Below, in pieces: positions 13,201 through 40,860 of a DNA stretch of 64,000 bases (position 1 is its first letter; each line of letters opens with the position of its first letter). The notes below the pieces were generated by a model. That model was not told the DNA's origin, ran no database searches, and saw only the letters and a program-made list of their open reading frames with translations. Both the position numbers and the translations under genes were made by a program. The DNA is from Macrostomum lignano. Taxonomy: Eukaryota. The stretch is taken from the NCBI GenBank assembly GCA_002269645.1, contig NIVC01001265.1, forward strand, positions 62,001 through 126,000, read 5' to 3'.

Positions 13201-16200
13201 CCTCAGCATCATTCAGACCCTTAGCATCATTCAGATCCTCAGCATCATTCCGATCCTCAGCATCATTCAGATCCTCAGCATCATTCAAATATTCAGCATA
13301 ATTTAGATCCTCAGCATCATTCCGATTCTCAGCATCATTCAGATCCTCAGCATCATTCAGATCCTCAGCATCATTCAAATATTCAGCATCATTCAGATCC
13401 TCAGCATCATTCAGATCCTCAGCGTCACTCAGATCCTCAGCATCATTCAAATATTCAGCATCATTTAGATCCTCAGCATCATTCAGATCCTCAGCATCAT
13501 TCAGATCCTCAGCATCATTCAAATATTCAGCATCATTCAGATCCTCAGCATCATTCAGATCCTCAGCATCATTCAGATCCTCAGCATCATTCAAATATTC
13601 AGCATCATTTAGATCCTCAGCATCATTCAGATCCTCAGCATCATTCAGATCCTCAGCATCATTCAGATCCTCAGCATCATTCAGATCCTCAGCATCATTC
13701 AGATCCTCAGCATCATTCAGATCCGCAGCATCATTCAGATCCTCAGCATCATTCAGATCCTCAGCATTATTCAGATCATCAGCATCATTCAGAGCCTCAT
13801 TTTCAGCCTCATCCTCAGCATCATTCAAATCCTCAGCATTATTTAGATCCTCAGCATCATTCAGAGGCTCCATCCTCAGCATCATTCAGAGGCTCCATCC
13901 TTAGCATCATTCAGAGGCTCCATCCTCAGCCTCATTCAGATCCTCAGCATTATTTAGATCCTCAGCATCATTCAGAGGCTCCATCCTCAGCCTCATCCTC
14001 AACATCATTCAGAGTCTCCATCCTCAGCATCATTCAGATCCTCAGCATCATTCAGAGGCTCCATCCTCAGCCTCATCCTCAACATCATTCAGAGTCTCCA
14101 TCCTCAGCATCATTCAGATCCTCAGCATTGTTTAGATCCTCAGCATCATTCAGAGGCTCCATCCTCAGCCTCATCCTGAACATCATTCAGAGTCTCCATC
14201 CTCAGCATCATTCAGAATCTCCATCCTCAGCATCATTCAGAGTCTTCATCCTCAGCATCATTAAGATCCTCAGCATTGTTTAGATCCTCAGCATCATTCA
14301 GAGGCTCCATCCTCAGCCTCATCCTGAACATCATTCAGAGTCTCTATCCTCAGCATCATTCAGAGGCTCCATCCTCAGCCTCATCCTGAACATCATTCAG
14401 AGTCTCCATCCTCAGCATCATTCAGAGTCTCCATCCTCAGCAACATTCAGAATCTCCATCCTCAGCATCATTCAGAGTCTTCATCCTCAGCATCATTCAG
14501 AATCTCCATCCTCAGCATCATTCAGAGTCTTCATCCTCAGCATCATTAAATGCTTTAATTCTGTACTCACTATAATGAAAAAACTTAATTGTTTTGTTTT
14601 AAAAAGTCGAAAATTTAAAATATGATTGTAAGTACTTAGAATTTCGTAATTATTTTTTAAGACCTTAGCTTAAATCGTCAAATAGAAAGTCTCGAGACAA
14701 AGAAAATTTTGAGAATTTTCTCCCTTGCTCAAGCATGCTCCAACTGAAATTTTATCTCTCTGTTAGCAACCCTCTTCCAAGATCTGAATTAACCTGCAGT
14801 TATTCCGCAACACGGATTTAAGGAGTTCGTCATGTCCTCCTTAATAAGGAACTGCTGTTCATCAGACCGGCTAAACCGTCTCAAACCCTCTTCAGACAGG
14901 TCAGCCAGACGGTCGTAAATCTTAATAATTCCGAAATAGCTAATAAATAAGTTCTGTCTGTCTGTCCCGCCATGCAGCTCTAAAATAGCCAGTCTGGAGA
15001 GCTTATGGGGTGCCAAGGCTGTTTAGAGCGCTTTTCCAAGAAATAAGACTACTCTGGAGAGTTTCTGAGAGTCAATGGCTCAAGGCGGATTCTGAACAAC
15101 TGTCAAGACTCTTGGGTTTCTGGATATCTAGTTCTAGAAATCCATGGCTAAACAAGCCTTGACTAATTTTGTCGTATATTGTTCAAATATTTTACTATTT
15201 CCGTCAAGTCTAGCTTTTTACAGTCGTCCTTATTGGTTTCTTCATCTGAGCGTACTTTTAGACAGTACATGCGCACTAAACTACAAATTTATTATAAGCC
15301 TGACGAATTCGCAACTCACAGGTGTCATCAATTGAATCGCTGGTGTACCGAGTGTTCGAAAATCTGGCGAATCCGTCCCGATAAAGGTACACCTTCAGCG
15401 GGATGTACTGGAAAGTGTCAGGGAGTATTGCTGAGTGTGTCAGTTGACCTTGGGATCTGGGAGAGCTGTCTGACATGGTGGAGGATCTGGGAGGGTAGCT
15501 GTCTGACATGGTGGAGGATCTGGGAGGGTAGCTGTCTGACATGGTGGAGGATCTGGGAGGGTAGCTGTCTGACATGGTGAAGGATCTGGGAGGGTAGCTG
15601 TCTGACATGGTGGAGGATCTGGGAGGGTAGCTGTCTGACATGGTGGAGGATCTGGGAGGGTAGCTGTCTGACATGGTGGAGGATCTGGGAGGGTAGCTGT
15701 CTGACATGGTGGAGGATCTGGGAGGGTAGCTGTCTGACATGGTGGAGGATCTGGGAGGGTAGCTGTCTGACATGGTGGAGGATCTGGAAGGGTAGCTGTC
15801 TGACATGGTGGAGGATCTGGGAGGGTAGCTGTCTGACATGGTGGAGGATCTGGAAGGGTAGCTGTCTGACATGGTGGAGGATCTGGAAGGGTAGCTGTCT
15901 GACATGGTGGAGGATCTGGAAGGGTATCTGTCTGACATGGTGGAGGATCTGGGAGGGTAGCTGTCTGACATGGTGGAGGATCTGGAAGGGTAGCTGTCTG
16001 ACATGGTGGAGGATCTGGGAGGGTAGCTGTCTGACATGGTGGAGGATCTGGAAGGGTAGCTGTCTGACATGGTGGAGGATCTGGGAGGGTAGCTGTCTGA
16101 CATGGTGGAGGATCTGGGAGGGTAGCTGTCTGACATGGTGGAGGATCTGGGAGGGTAGCTGTCTGACATGGTGGAGGATCTGGGAGGGTAGCTGTCTGAC

Positions 16201-17634
16201 ATGGTGGAGGATCTGGGAGGGTAGCTGTCTGACATGGTGGAGGATCTGGAAGGGTAGCTGTCTGACATGGTGGAGGATCTGGGAGGGTAGCTGTCTGACA
16301 TGGTGGAGGATCTGGAAGGGTAAGCTGTCTGACATGGTGGAAGGTCTTGGGAGGTAGATGTCTGAATTGGCAGCAGCTTGAGCATCATTACTAGCATTAG
16401 AAATCCAAATGTGTAACGTGATCCGCTCACCGACATGACAAGAACGTAGACTCTGAGGTCGAACTTCCTGCCACCAACCAAGTAGGGATTATCGATGTAG
16501 CGGCTTACAACGTAAGTCTCCGGCACCTCCTTGTTGGGATCCGGTGGTCCCGGCAGATACTCCGACGACTTCTTCCAGGCTTCGATGTCGCGAATTTTTC
16601 GGAATAGAAATATCCCTTTGCCCTGCGCCTTGCCGGCCGGCTTCATTATCCACGTGGTGCCCGGCGACTTTTTGAACTCTTCAACGAACATGTGGTACTC
16701 AGACTGCAGTGCGGTGGTCGGGGATTCGATTCCTTCAAGGTTGGTGTGGTTGCTAACTAGCTGGGGGACAGAGGAAGCTATCTGCGTACTTAAGCGCGAT
16801 AGTCCAGCAACCGCTGAGCTGCTTTGCGCCCTCCGAAGTGCATCAGCAAACCTGGCAATACACTCGAAACGTAAACTGCTTGGAGACTTCCGAACAGCAA
16901 TGTCTTCCTGGACGGATATCTGCGGCAAAATTCTATACCCATAACAACAACAAAGACCATATCAGACCTGTCTGACATGGTCTGACATTATTAGTCGGTT
17001 TTATACCCATAAAACCGACAAACACTCACAGGAAGCTCAAAAGTACACGGAATGAAGTCGTACTTCGCCGCCTCCTCTCGGCCCGATTCCTTTGCCACTT
17101 TTTTGCGCATCCGTTTCAAATTCTTCACCATGAGATTTTTCTTGCAGAGCTGTAAAGCAAATGTTGTACAGAAAGCATAGGCTACTTGAAGTAGAGCAAT
17201 ATGAAGTTTACAGATGAATTGAAACCAGATGATTACCTCGTAGTGATTTCTAAAGTGAGAAATCCTGACGTGTTCGTCCAGGAAGCCGCGATCGAAGAGT
17301 TCCTTCATCAGCGTTACGTCAATCCAATAGAAGTCGAACTCACCGTTCTCTCTTAAATTCGAGTGCAAGCCAGACTATCGCTGATTATGTATTTTTAGGA
17401 TTTATAAAAGCCACAGCTAACACCACTTACGCAGTGACCTCCTGCCAACCAAAACTGCGCATCACATCCAGAATTGTATTGTTGAGCGACGATTTGAACC
17501 GTACGGTCCCACTGATAAAGTAAAAGATGCAGTGTTATTGTATCTATATAGATGGCAAATTTTATTGTATACATGTAGACTTATACTTACGTAGGTGGTA
17601 GTTTTCGTTGCCTGTCTCTTTGATTTATTGGCAT
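10223..17634 (-). CDS. TTLL9: Tubulin polyglutamylase TTLL9, 9 coding exons
   Basis: Exons 17634-17591, 17511-17431, 17351-17237, 17149-17030, 16703-16431, 15407-15320, 12111-11990, 11500-11253, 10439-10223, all GT-AG and phase-consistent. Motifs [78 protein letters not shown] and [13 protein letters not shown] are characteristic of TTLL9. Confidence 0.95.
10475..11212. repeat. (TCTAG/TCTAA)n followed by a 15-bp array (AATCCAACCTGAGCT), TTLL9 last intron
   Basis: Directly visible. Confidence 0.9.
12215..14548. repeat. 18-bp minisatellite (TCAGATCCTCAGCATCAT) with a 277-bp higher-order period
   Basis: Identical ORF blocks end at 12630, 12907 and 13184 (277-bp spacing). Confidence 0.95.
15450..16345. 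repeat. 33-bp minisatellite (GTAGCTGTCTGACATGGTGGAGGATCTGGGAGG), TTLL9 intron 5
   Basis: About 27 copies. Translates as [11 protein letters not shown] in the TTLL9 frame. Confidence 0.95.
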
Positions 17635-18210
17635 GTTAAAATTTGTAGGTGATGTAACACCAGATTACCTTCAATGGTAAAGTTTTTTTCTAAAGCTTTT
17701 ATTGATGTAAAATTGGATAAAAGTGGTAGCTAAGTGTGTTATTTTATTGTTCTGATTACGTTATTTTATGAAGATAGCATTTAATATTAATTATCCTCCG
17801 ATAAATCTCTAAAGTCCTCAATCTACTAAAATTCTAGTATACAGAAAAAACAGAATTATACCCGATAGGCGATATAGAAAATTAATATACAAATTTAACT
17901 AAAATGTTAGAAAATTTGTCAAGTTAAATAATGTAAAGTACTACATACATCTAAACATTCTAAAACAATTAGAGCGAAGATATGCTGAGAAATTAAAGAG
18001 GTCACAAAAAATTGATTGACTCAATTACGCATTTGCATGAAAAATAGTGAAAGGCAATAAAGTTAAATCGACGAATGTTACAGTAAATATATAATAAGTA
18101 ACATATTTGCATTTTATTGTTTACGTTATATAAAAATAAAGTTAATAAGCTGATAGGTCTGAAAATTATCCCTAAAATGCATTTGGAAAAATTATTCTCT
18201 CTAAACTTAG

Positions 18211-18438
18211 TTAAAATATGTTTCTTAGAACCATGTGGTAAATAAAAATTTCAACCTGCTGTATTTGTACCATTAAATTAAGTAGGTCATCATGATGATA
18301 CAATATTAGTTCAATCAGGTCGTCAGGACGAGACAAACACGCAGCAACCAGTTTTATAAAAGTCATGTAGTCATTTTCTATGCTTTTTACTCGCACTTGA
18401 AGATGGGATTCCTCGAATAACTTTTCAGCCGTAAACAT
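18211..18438 (-). CDS. Possible small ORF or first exon in the TTLL9-PACSIN spacer
   Basis: 75-codon non-repetitive ORF with ATG preceded by ..CCTTAG-CTT, in very AT-rich DNA where stops are frequent. No recognisable family. Confidence 0.2.
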   Translation of the reverse strand: MFTAEKLFEESHLQVRVKSIENDYMTFIKLVAACLSRPDDLIELILYHHDDLLNLMVQIQQVEIFIYHMVLRNIF

Positions 18439-19899
18439 AAGCTAAGGCCTAACCTAACTCATTATTCCAGTAACTACTGTAACTGTAACAAAAAATAAAG
18501 CTGTCTGTACTCTGTAGCCTGTATTCTCTGCCTCTTCTAAAGACTAATCATTGGCTAATTGATTAATAATTATTAGCCAAAAATAAAATTATAATCTCTA
18601 GCCAGGTAAAGCCTAGGCTAGGGCCTATATTATTTTATTAGTAGCCTAGCTAAAGTAGAGTTTAATAATTTTTCTTGCTTTTTAATAAAATAAATTAAAA
18701 CTTTTTCCTTGACCTTGGCATGGTTTGTTCAATAATCAATTTTCCTTGCAACTTTATCCATTCATATTGGACTTTATTTGCTCTTGTTATGAGAATGATA
18801 ATACATCGTATGATTTATTATATTATGTTTTTGATTTTATATGAAATATGATCTACTAACTAAGACTAAATGATTGATAATTTGTAGACATACAATTACT
18901 AGACTAAGATTCTAAACTTAGGTCATAAAGGCTTACTCTTCAACTTCAACACAAATTTATATTGTATGGTAATAATCCTCAAGTTGATTAGTTGAACTTG
19001 ATTTACTTTATTTTATTTTTATTTTACTTTTTTTAAAAGTAATAAGATTATTTTAATAATTTTATTAGGCCTATTCTCTTTGAAAATTTTTCAGTTTTCT
19101 TTTGGTGTATAAATGAATTATTTTTTATATAGTTAATATAATATAATTATTAAAATAATATTATTATAAACTTATATAATATATAATATATAATAAAATT
19201 ATACTTATAACTTATCTGTTTGTATTAAAATTTTAATATTATTATTAAAATATTATATCATTGATAATAATAGTTAATTAATTATATATTTATATTCAAT
19301 TTTAGTTAGATTGCCTAAAATCCATTTGGAACCTTATCCAATTATTATTAAGGATTTCACTAAGAAAAAAAATAAATGGCATACTAAATAAGATCATTTA
19401 TATGATTTGATAGAAACAAAAAATAGAATAATCTTATATATTAAAAATAGTTTTTTAATAGGTAGATAAGTATATATATGCTTGTTTGTAGTTTGGTTTC
19501 TATTTAGTGTAAAAACAATTTTGGTCTATGATATTTGTAGATCTAAAAGCTAAAGTTTATTGCTCCTAATAATAATTATAATTTTATATATATTAAAAGT
19601 AAAATCAAATAGAAAGAGCAACAAAATAGCAATTTAAATTTTTTAAAATACATAAGGCACAAGTAAAAAAATCAATTGTGTAAAAATTCAATTGATAAAT
19701 ATAGTTAAATGAAACCTATTTTTATCTCCTAAAAGGGTAATTGTGACAAATATTCTTTATAACAAATTAAAATAATAAATACAAAAATATAGAGTTTTAC
19801 TGTTTTTTCTATGAAACAACCTTGTAAAACAAGTTACTAGACTATAAAAAATAGTCTATTTAAAATAATTCTAAAACAGAATATTTTTAGACCCTGTAA

Positions 19900-22653
19900 C
19901 TAGTCATTTAGCCCCCCACTGAGGGGCTTTAAAATGACACCAAATGGTTTTTATTTTGGCATAAGGGTAACTATTAATTTCCATTTCCATTAATCAAAAA
20001 TTACTTTTTCTCATTTTGAAAAAATAAATTTCCATGAATCAAAACTTTCACCAGCAAAATAGTTTCCTGCATCAGCTCAAAACCCTTTTTCAAACAGCAA
20101 ATAGTGCATATCTTTTCAAGCACAAACTCTTAGAGCATATCGTCATTGGCCTGGGCATATTCTGGTCCGCAGCAGGAGCTCAATATGCCAATCCCTGATG
20201 GCCTTTGACCCCCCTCTTTATTAGCCTAACTCAAAGAATTAAACCTTTTATAAATACCCTGGTATTTCCTATCAGCAGAATTCAGCATCACTTGTATGTA
20301 CTATTTTATTATCTGAATTAAATGAGCTACCTGAGCCATACTACTTGATGATCTGACAATCGCTCAACAACCCAACCCCACCCCCCCTACAATTCAGCCA
20401 TCCCCATGAGCCTTGACATCTTAGCAATTCCCCAGTAGGCCTTGACATCTCAGAAATTCCCTCAGTAAGCATCGACATTGCAGCAATAAAACTTGAGCCT
20501 TGACATCTACACAATTCTTCCAGGCCAATAAGCCTTGACATCTCAGCAATTCCCCCAGTAAGCCTTGACATCTCAGCAATTCCCCCAGTAAGCCTTGACA
20601 TCTCAGCAATTCCCCCAGTAAGCCTTGACATCTCAGCAATTCCCCCAGTAAGCCTTGACATCTCAGCAATTCCCCCAGTAAGCCTTGACATCTCAGCAAT
20701 TCCCCTAGTAAGCCTTGACATCTCAGCAATTCCCCCAGTAAGCCTTGAAATCTCAGCAATTCCCCTAGTAAGCCTTGAAGTCTCAGAAATTCCAGGAATC
20801 TCAGGAACTACCTTAGCAGTTTGCAGTTTCTCCCCTTTGCAGTCTGCAATGATCCATTTGACAATCTGCAGTTCTTCTGTCAGCTGGCTCCTCAGTCTCC
20901 TGCTAAGCAAACTGCAATGATATTTTCAACAATAAAAATTTTCTAACAATTTAGTACGGTTCACTAATCAATTTTCGATACATATCCACAATGTTTGGCA
21001 CAAATCAGCATTAAGCAATACCTTCATTCCTAAATCTCCCAAAAAAACAATCTCAGCACTTCCTCCCATAAGCCTTTGAAACCTCAATTCAAGCAATTCT
21101 TTCAGTAAGCCATGGCATATCAGCAATTCCCCATAGGCCTTGAAATCTCAGAAATTGCCCCAAAAAGCCATGAAATCTCAGCAATTCCTAAGATAAGCCT
21201 ACAACAACCTAAAATTATCCCTTCTAATCTCACAAAACAGAATGCAGTCATTATCTTAGCAGCCTGGAGTTATCCCCTTGCCATCTATCAATTTCATTAA
21301 CATTAAGCATTTATCCCCTTAGCAGCCTAGAACTGTCCCATCAGCAAACCACAATAATTCACTCAGCAGTCCACAGTAATCCCCTAAACAACCTGCACTT
21401 AATCACTTAAACTGTACAGTTTTGAAACTGATGTCTTACTATCCTATCTTCTCTGAGAGTTGTCCTGCTCAGAAGTCTACCAATCCTCCAAGCAGCCCCC
21501 TCAGCAGTTTTCAGCTATACGCTTTTAAGTCAGGAGGAACTACCTCAGCAGTTTTCAGTTTGTCCCCTTTGCAGTCTGCATGAATGACCCTTTTGCCAAT
21601 CTGCAGTTCCCCTCAGCAGTCTGCAGTTCTCCTCTCGGCCGGCTCCTCAATATCCTTAGCAAACTGAAATAAAAAAGGATCATTTCAAGAATCTGATTTT
21701 TTCTCAGCATTTATTATGGTTCACTAATCAATTTTCGATACATATCGGCAGTTTTTTCATAATTCAGCCTTCATTTTAACAATAAATTTAGCAGCTTAGC
21801 AATTTCATACTTTCATGGAGCTAGGCAATACCCATTGATGCGATGAGTAATACTCTAAGCAGTTTTTTTACAAATCAAATTTGCTTAGTAAATTTGAATA
21901 ATTTTGTATGGAAAAACTTATTCAACAAATTCAACAAAAATGAATTTCAATAAATTCAATAAAAAATGAATTCAACAAAAATATTCCTATTAGTTGAGCC
22001 AGACATTATAAATGAATAAATAATTTAATTTTAATCATCCGTCAAGGAGGCAGACTCAAACCTTGGACCTTACGCCTAGCCTAAACCTGGTCCTAGTGCC
22101 TACACTGTGGCTATTCCACCTACTGATCAGAGGGCGCAAAAATCAGCCATATATGCTTCGGCACTGCAGTCAAATACATAGCAGTGATAGGCTGCTCAGT
22201 GTGCACAGGTTGTGTGCAGGCAGAGCCAATGCACAATTGAGTGAAATCTATAAATAGCAATTGTCTATGTAGTCCGCCAGAGCAAAATATACACACGCCG
22301 CCACCCAGCATTATTTTCCTCTCCCTTGCTGCATCCAGTACTGAGGCCTACTACACAATGAAGAGAGAAAAGTTGTGGCGCAATCTTAATTGGAATTGAA
22401 ATTCAGTTAGTGAGATTTTGACCTTTTCTAGCCTCCCATTGAAAGCATTAGGAAAACTCGTTTTTCAAATATTTAACCAACTTCCCATTCGAATTTTTCA
22501 ATGCAATTAGATCCACACAATCTCACAAGAATTTGCAATTGAAAAAAGCTAGTTTGAAAAAAATCAGTTTAGGCATTCAGGCTGTAGACTGAAATACTGG
22601 TCAGACAGACAGATAGACAGACAGACAGACCTTAGAGATTTAGTATATTGTGA
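19900..22653 (-). mobile_element. Putative non-autonomous Helitron
   Basis: Minus-strand 3' end: hairpin AGCCCC-N7-GGGGCT, 6 nt, then CTAG followed by T. Candidate 5' end A|TCACAATATACTAAATC followed by (GTCT)n. The interior holds a 30-bp array and a ~735-bp-spaced duplication. Pairing of the two ends is inferred. Confidence 0.4.
20410..20795. repeat. 30-bp minisatellite (AGTAAGCCTTGACATCTCAGCAATTCCCCC)
   Basis: Visible copies. Related inverted copies at 11797-11895. Confidence 0.9.
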
Positions 22654-23190
22654 TGATGATGATGATGATAATGATGATAATCAATATATCTAGTTTATTG
22701 CTAAGAAAAACTTGAATATATTCTGACTTTTCAAAAACTATTATAAATATAAAAATATTTAATAGATCAGGATTTAGACATAGTATTGCTAATAATTCAA
22801 TTGATTTATTATTTTTATCAATTGTCTGTTGTGGAGAAATGTGCAAAAAACAAATAATTATTTATTATAATTATATATTATTTGACTAAGTGAACTATTT
22901 TTAAATGTAACTTGTTACTTTATATATACAATGTTTATATTTATGTTTTACTTTGATGAAATCATTATAAGCCAAAATGATATGCTTTGTTAGACATTAA
23001 TTATATTGAAAATAAGCTTTTATAAAGCCAAGGCAAATTATATATTTATAGGCTGAAATCCCAATTATATTTTTTTACAAAAGCATTGTAACCTTTGCCA
23101 CAAGCCAAAATATACTAATTACTGCTGACTCAGATAGACTATAAAAAAGACACAGGCCCACACAGCTCATAACTCAGTTGAATAACTTAG

Positions 23191-23201
23191 CTACTGCAGC
23201 A
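23191..23201 (+). promoter_or_regulatory. Splice acceptor-like site just 5' of the PACSIN ATG (cis or spliced-leader trans-splice acceptor)
   Basis: CTACTGCAG|CA-ATG. Trans-splicing is an inference. Confidence 0.3.
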
Positions 23202-37674
<14,473 letters not shown>

Positions 37675-37901
37675 CGCACCTGACACCTTAAATCAGAACT
37701 GCTTATCTATATTTATTCAATTTTGAGAACCGGTTAGTGAGGGCCGACTCTAATTAGCTAGTGATAATTATCATAATTGTTTCGCAATTATCTCGTCATC
37801 AGTCGCCTCATCTGACGCTCTGTTGTCTTTGTTTGTTGATTTAATTTTAGTTATCTTTTGCTATTTGATTTCTGTGTTCAGGAATGTTGGCCAGTTGTTT
37901 T

Positions 37902-37907
37902 AATAAA
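37902..37907 (+). terminator. Candidate polyadenylation signal of PACSIN
   Basis: AATAAA ~230 nt after the stop codon, followed by T/GT-rich sequence. Confidence 0.5.
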
Positions 37908-38049
37908 AACGATCCTTCTCTTAATTATTGATAATTTGCTTGTTGTATTGGTCAGAAGTAATCTTGCTACTGTCAGTAGTGCTCCGTTCATTTGATGTTT
38001 TATTTCATTGTTTAATGCTTTACTTAGGAAGTCGTCTAGCTGGAACATT

Positions 38050-38282
38050 TGGGAATATCTTAGCCTTAGCTTACTAGGCTTAGCCTTAGCTTATTGGGCT
38101 TAGTCTTAGCCTGCGGGGCTTAGCTTACTGTGCTTAGCCTTAGCCTGCGGGGCTTAGCTTACCGTGCTTAGCCTTAGCCTTCGGGGCTTAGCTTACTGTG
38201 CTTAGCCTTAGCCTACGTGGGCTTAGCTTACTGGGCTTAGCCTTAGCTTTCATAGTTTACTGGGCTTAACCTACTAGCTTTG
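38050..38282. repeat. Degenerate GGCTTAGCCTTAGCTTACTG array
   Basis: Visible copies 3' of PACSIN. Confidence 0.8.
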
Positions 38283-38839
38283 GCCTTGTAATGCTTTCGC
38301 ATCCCTAAGCCATTGAGATATTGTACGGAATTATTTCAATATTCAATACAGTACGTTGTGTACTCCAGCAGCCTACAGTCTTTTTATAAATAATTTGTTG
38401 GTTTTATTATAAATTTGCTCACAATAGCCTCGCGAGTAGTGAGTCACTGCTCTGCTAATCTATCTTTAAGTCATTTTAGTCATTAGTATATAGCCTGTGT
38501 ATATCTATCACGGCTGCAGATTCTGATATTATGTTCTAGTTTCTGTTGTTTTTTTTCAAACCAGCCACTCTTTTTGCAATATTTGTTATAATCATATGAT
38601 TGAATGTCCGTGTACAAAGCACCTATGATTATCGCCCAGTTCACTACCTGTGCTCGCCCCATTCGTGCATAATTCATTCTATTCAGATTACAGAGGTCTA
38701 TTATTGCTTTTTTTAAAGGTACATATTTTATATTTGATCTTATATGTTATTTTTTAATTAAGGCTTAGTTTTGGGGCGTCACGAAAAACCGGGTGAACCT
38801 GCGAGTGACCTTAAATGTTCTCTACTGTTCTTTGGAAAT

Positions 38840-39200
38840 CAGATGTTTAAATGTTAGCTTTGAAACAAATCTTAAATGTCCCTTAGCGTATGAATGACCT
38901 TCAATGTCCTTAAAGACCCTGGATGTGTAGCCAGGTAAATGACCTAGAATGTCCTTGAAGACTTCTGGATGTGTAGATAGGGAAATGACCTTAAATATCC
39001 TTGGAGACTCTTGGATATGTAGCCAGAAAAATGACCTTAAATGGCCTTGAAGACTCGTGAATCTGTAGCTAGGGGAAGACCATAAATGGCCTTGGAGACC
39101 CATGGATATGTAGCTCTGGAAGTGACCTTCAAAAACCCCTCTCAGACTCGTGATCGCGTGACTACAGAAGCGACCTTAAGTCATAGAATCGACCTTGAAA
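38840..39200. repeat. ~45-bp degenerate array (GACCTTAAATGTCCTTGAAGAC..GGATGTGTAG)
   Basis: Recurring GACCT-/GGATGTGTAG spacing. Confidence 0.65.
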
Positions 39201-39699
39201 CATCCCAGATCTTGTATTTGTGTATCACGTGTGCTAAGTCTGATTTTCCTGTTTTTATTCGTAGCCCAATCATCTTTGTCGGTCTTTTTTCGAGCTGGCC
39301 GTACATATTATTGTTGTGCTTAAGCAGTTAGCTACTTGTAGTAGCATCGTCAGTCTATTATCTTTCGATAATTATAAATTGAAGCATTAGCTGTTTCAAT
39401 CATTCTGTTTAGGCTGAGTTATTTGTTGATGCTTAACCTTCCACTGCAGTCCCGCCTACTCATTTTTCCTGTAATAAACCTATAAAGTGCATTGCGCACT
39501 AGTTTTGGTACTTATAACGGCATATTTGAATGCACCGCACTAAGCTAGTTGCTCAGAGCGTCTTGTCCACTTTTATACGCTATAATTTCTTAATTCCTGT
39601 CTCATTGCTACTAACGTCACATACTACTTATATCTTGTGCTAAGTATTGAATAACTCCGCCATTTGTTTCATGTATGTACCAGCAAAAATAACAAGTAG

Positions 39700-39915
39700 C
39701 TTCCCAGATCCCCAATTGCTGGGCTAGCCTCCCAGATCCCCAATTGCTGGGCCAGCCTCCCAGATCCTTAGTTGCTCAGCCAGCCTCCCAGATCCCCAAT
39801 TGCTAGGCCAGCCTCCCAGATCCTCAATTGCTGGGCCAGCCTCCCAGATCCCCAGTTGCTGGGCAACATTCCCAGATTCTCAGTTGCTGGGCCAGCCTCC
39901 CAGATCCTCAGATCC
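39700..39915. repeat. Second block of the 28-bp minisatellite
   Basis: Same unit and orientation as 34845-36082. Confidence 0.9.
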
Positions 39916-40860
39916 ACCGCCAGCATCCCTGATCTTCCCAGGCTAGAGTAGGCAATCCAATAAAAAATTTGCTGGCCCAATCATAATTGATATTTCATAA
40001 TATATATATTTAACCTAGAAGCAGTTTGTGAAGTGCATATTTTTTGGCTTAGCAGCAGAAATAGTCGGTGACTACTGTTATTACTGTTGAGCAGGCTGGC
40101 TCTGAGATTTTCAATGCTGTAACCTATTTTTCTACAAGCATAATATCTCTTTCCACACATTCAATCAGTCGGTTATACTGCGTGCTTATTTTGTGTTAAT
40201 TCTGCACAGAATTGGAAAATATTGTTCATATTGAAAAAAGATTGTTGTGATTTTTTAATTTTGTCTTACATCCCATCTAGCTAAGCCTCTCCGTATTGGC
40301 GTCGCAGTCCCAACATTTATCTCTTAGCTTCATGCTGATTTATTTATTGCTTAATTGTGGTCTCCCCCGCTAATCCAGTCAGTTAATTTACTAGCTTTTC
40401 TATTATTTTTTTTAAATGAGTTTATGCACGAATGATTGTTTCTGGATTGAATTGATTGAATCAGTCGTGAATGCCATAAATATATATTATATGATTATAA
40501 TCAGCGGCTACCTGTGCTGTCACAGCCTGTTCCGCTTTCCACAACTTGCTCGTCAATCAACTTATTAGCTATACAGAAATTTTATGCCAAAAAAGCAAAG
40601 TCTTCGTCTTGTGTTTAATTTTTAATCAGTCTATCGAAAGTAAATATTAATTTTTTAAATAAACTTTGAAATGACACAATGAAAAAATCTATTATATTAC
40701 ATTTATTTGGTATTTATGCTACAGTGGCATATTCTTAAAATTGCAGAATTTTGTTAAGACTAATCTATGCAATAGGAAAATGGTGTTGCTTAAAATTAAA
40801 ATAATTACAATAGTCATTTTAATATACAAGAGAATCATTTGATATTAATCTGTCTAAAGA

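Noticed and set aside
14789-15016. Possible TTLL9 cassette exon
   Set aside because: The phase-compatible acceptor would create T+AG (a stop) at the junction, and the peptide does not belong in the TTL domain.
17640-19880. NUMT (mitochondrial insertion)
   Set aside because: AT-rich, but I recognised no mitochondrial protein, rRNA or tRNA motifs.
38050-38282. Interstitial telomeric repeat
   Set aside because: The unit is a ~20-bp GGCTTAGCCTTAGCTTACTG composite, not (TTAGGG)n or (TTAGGC)n.
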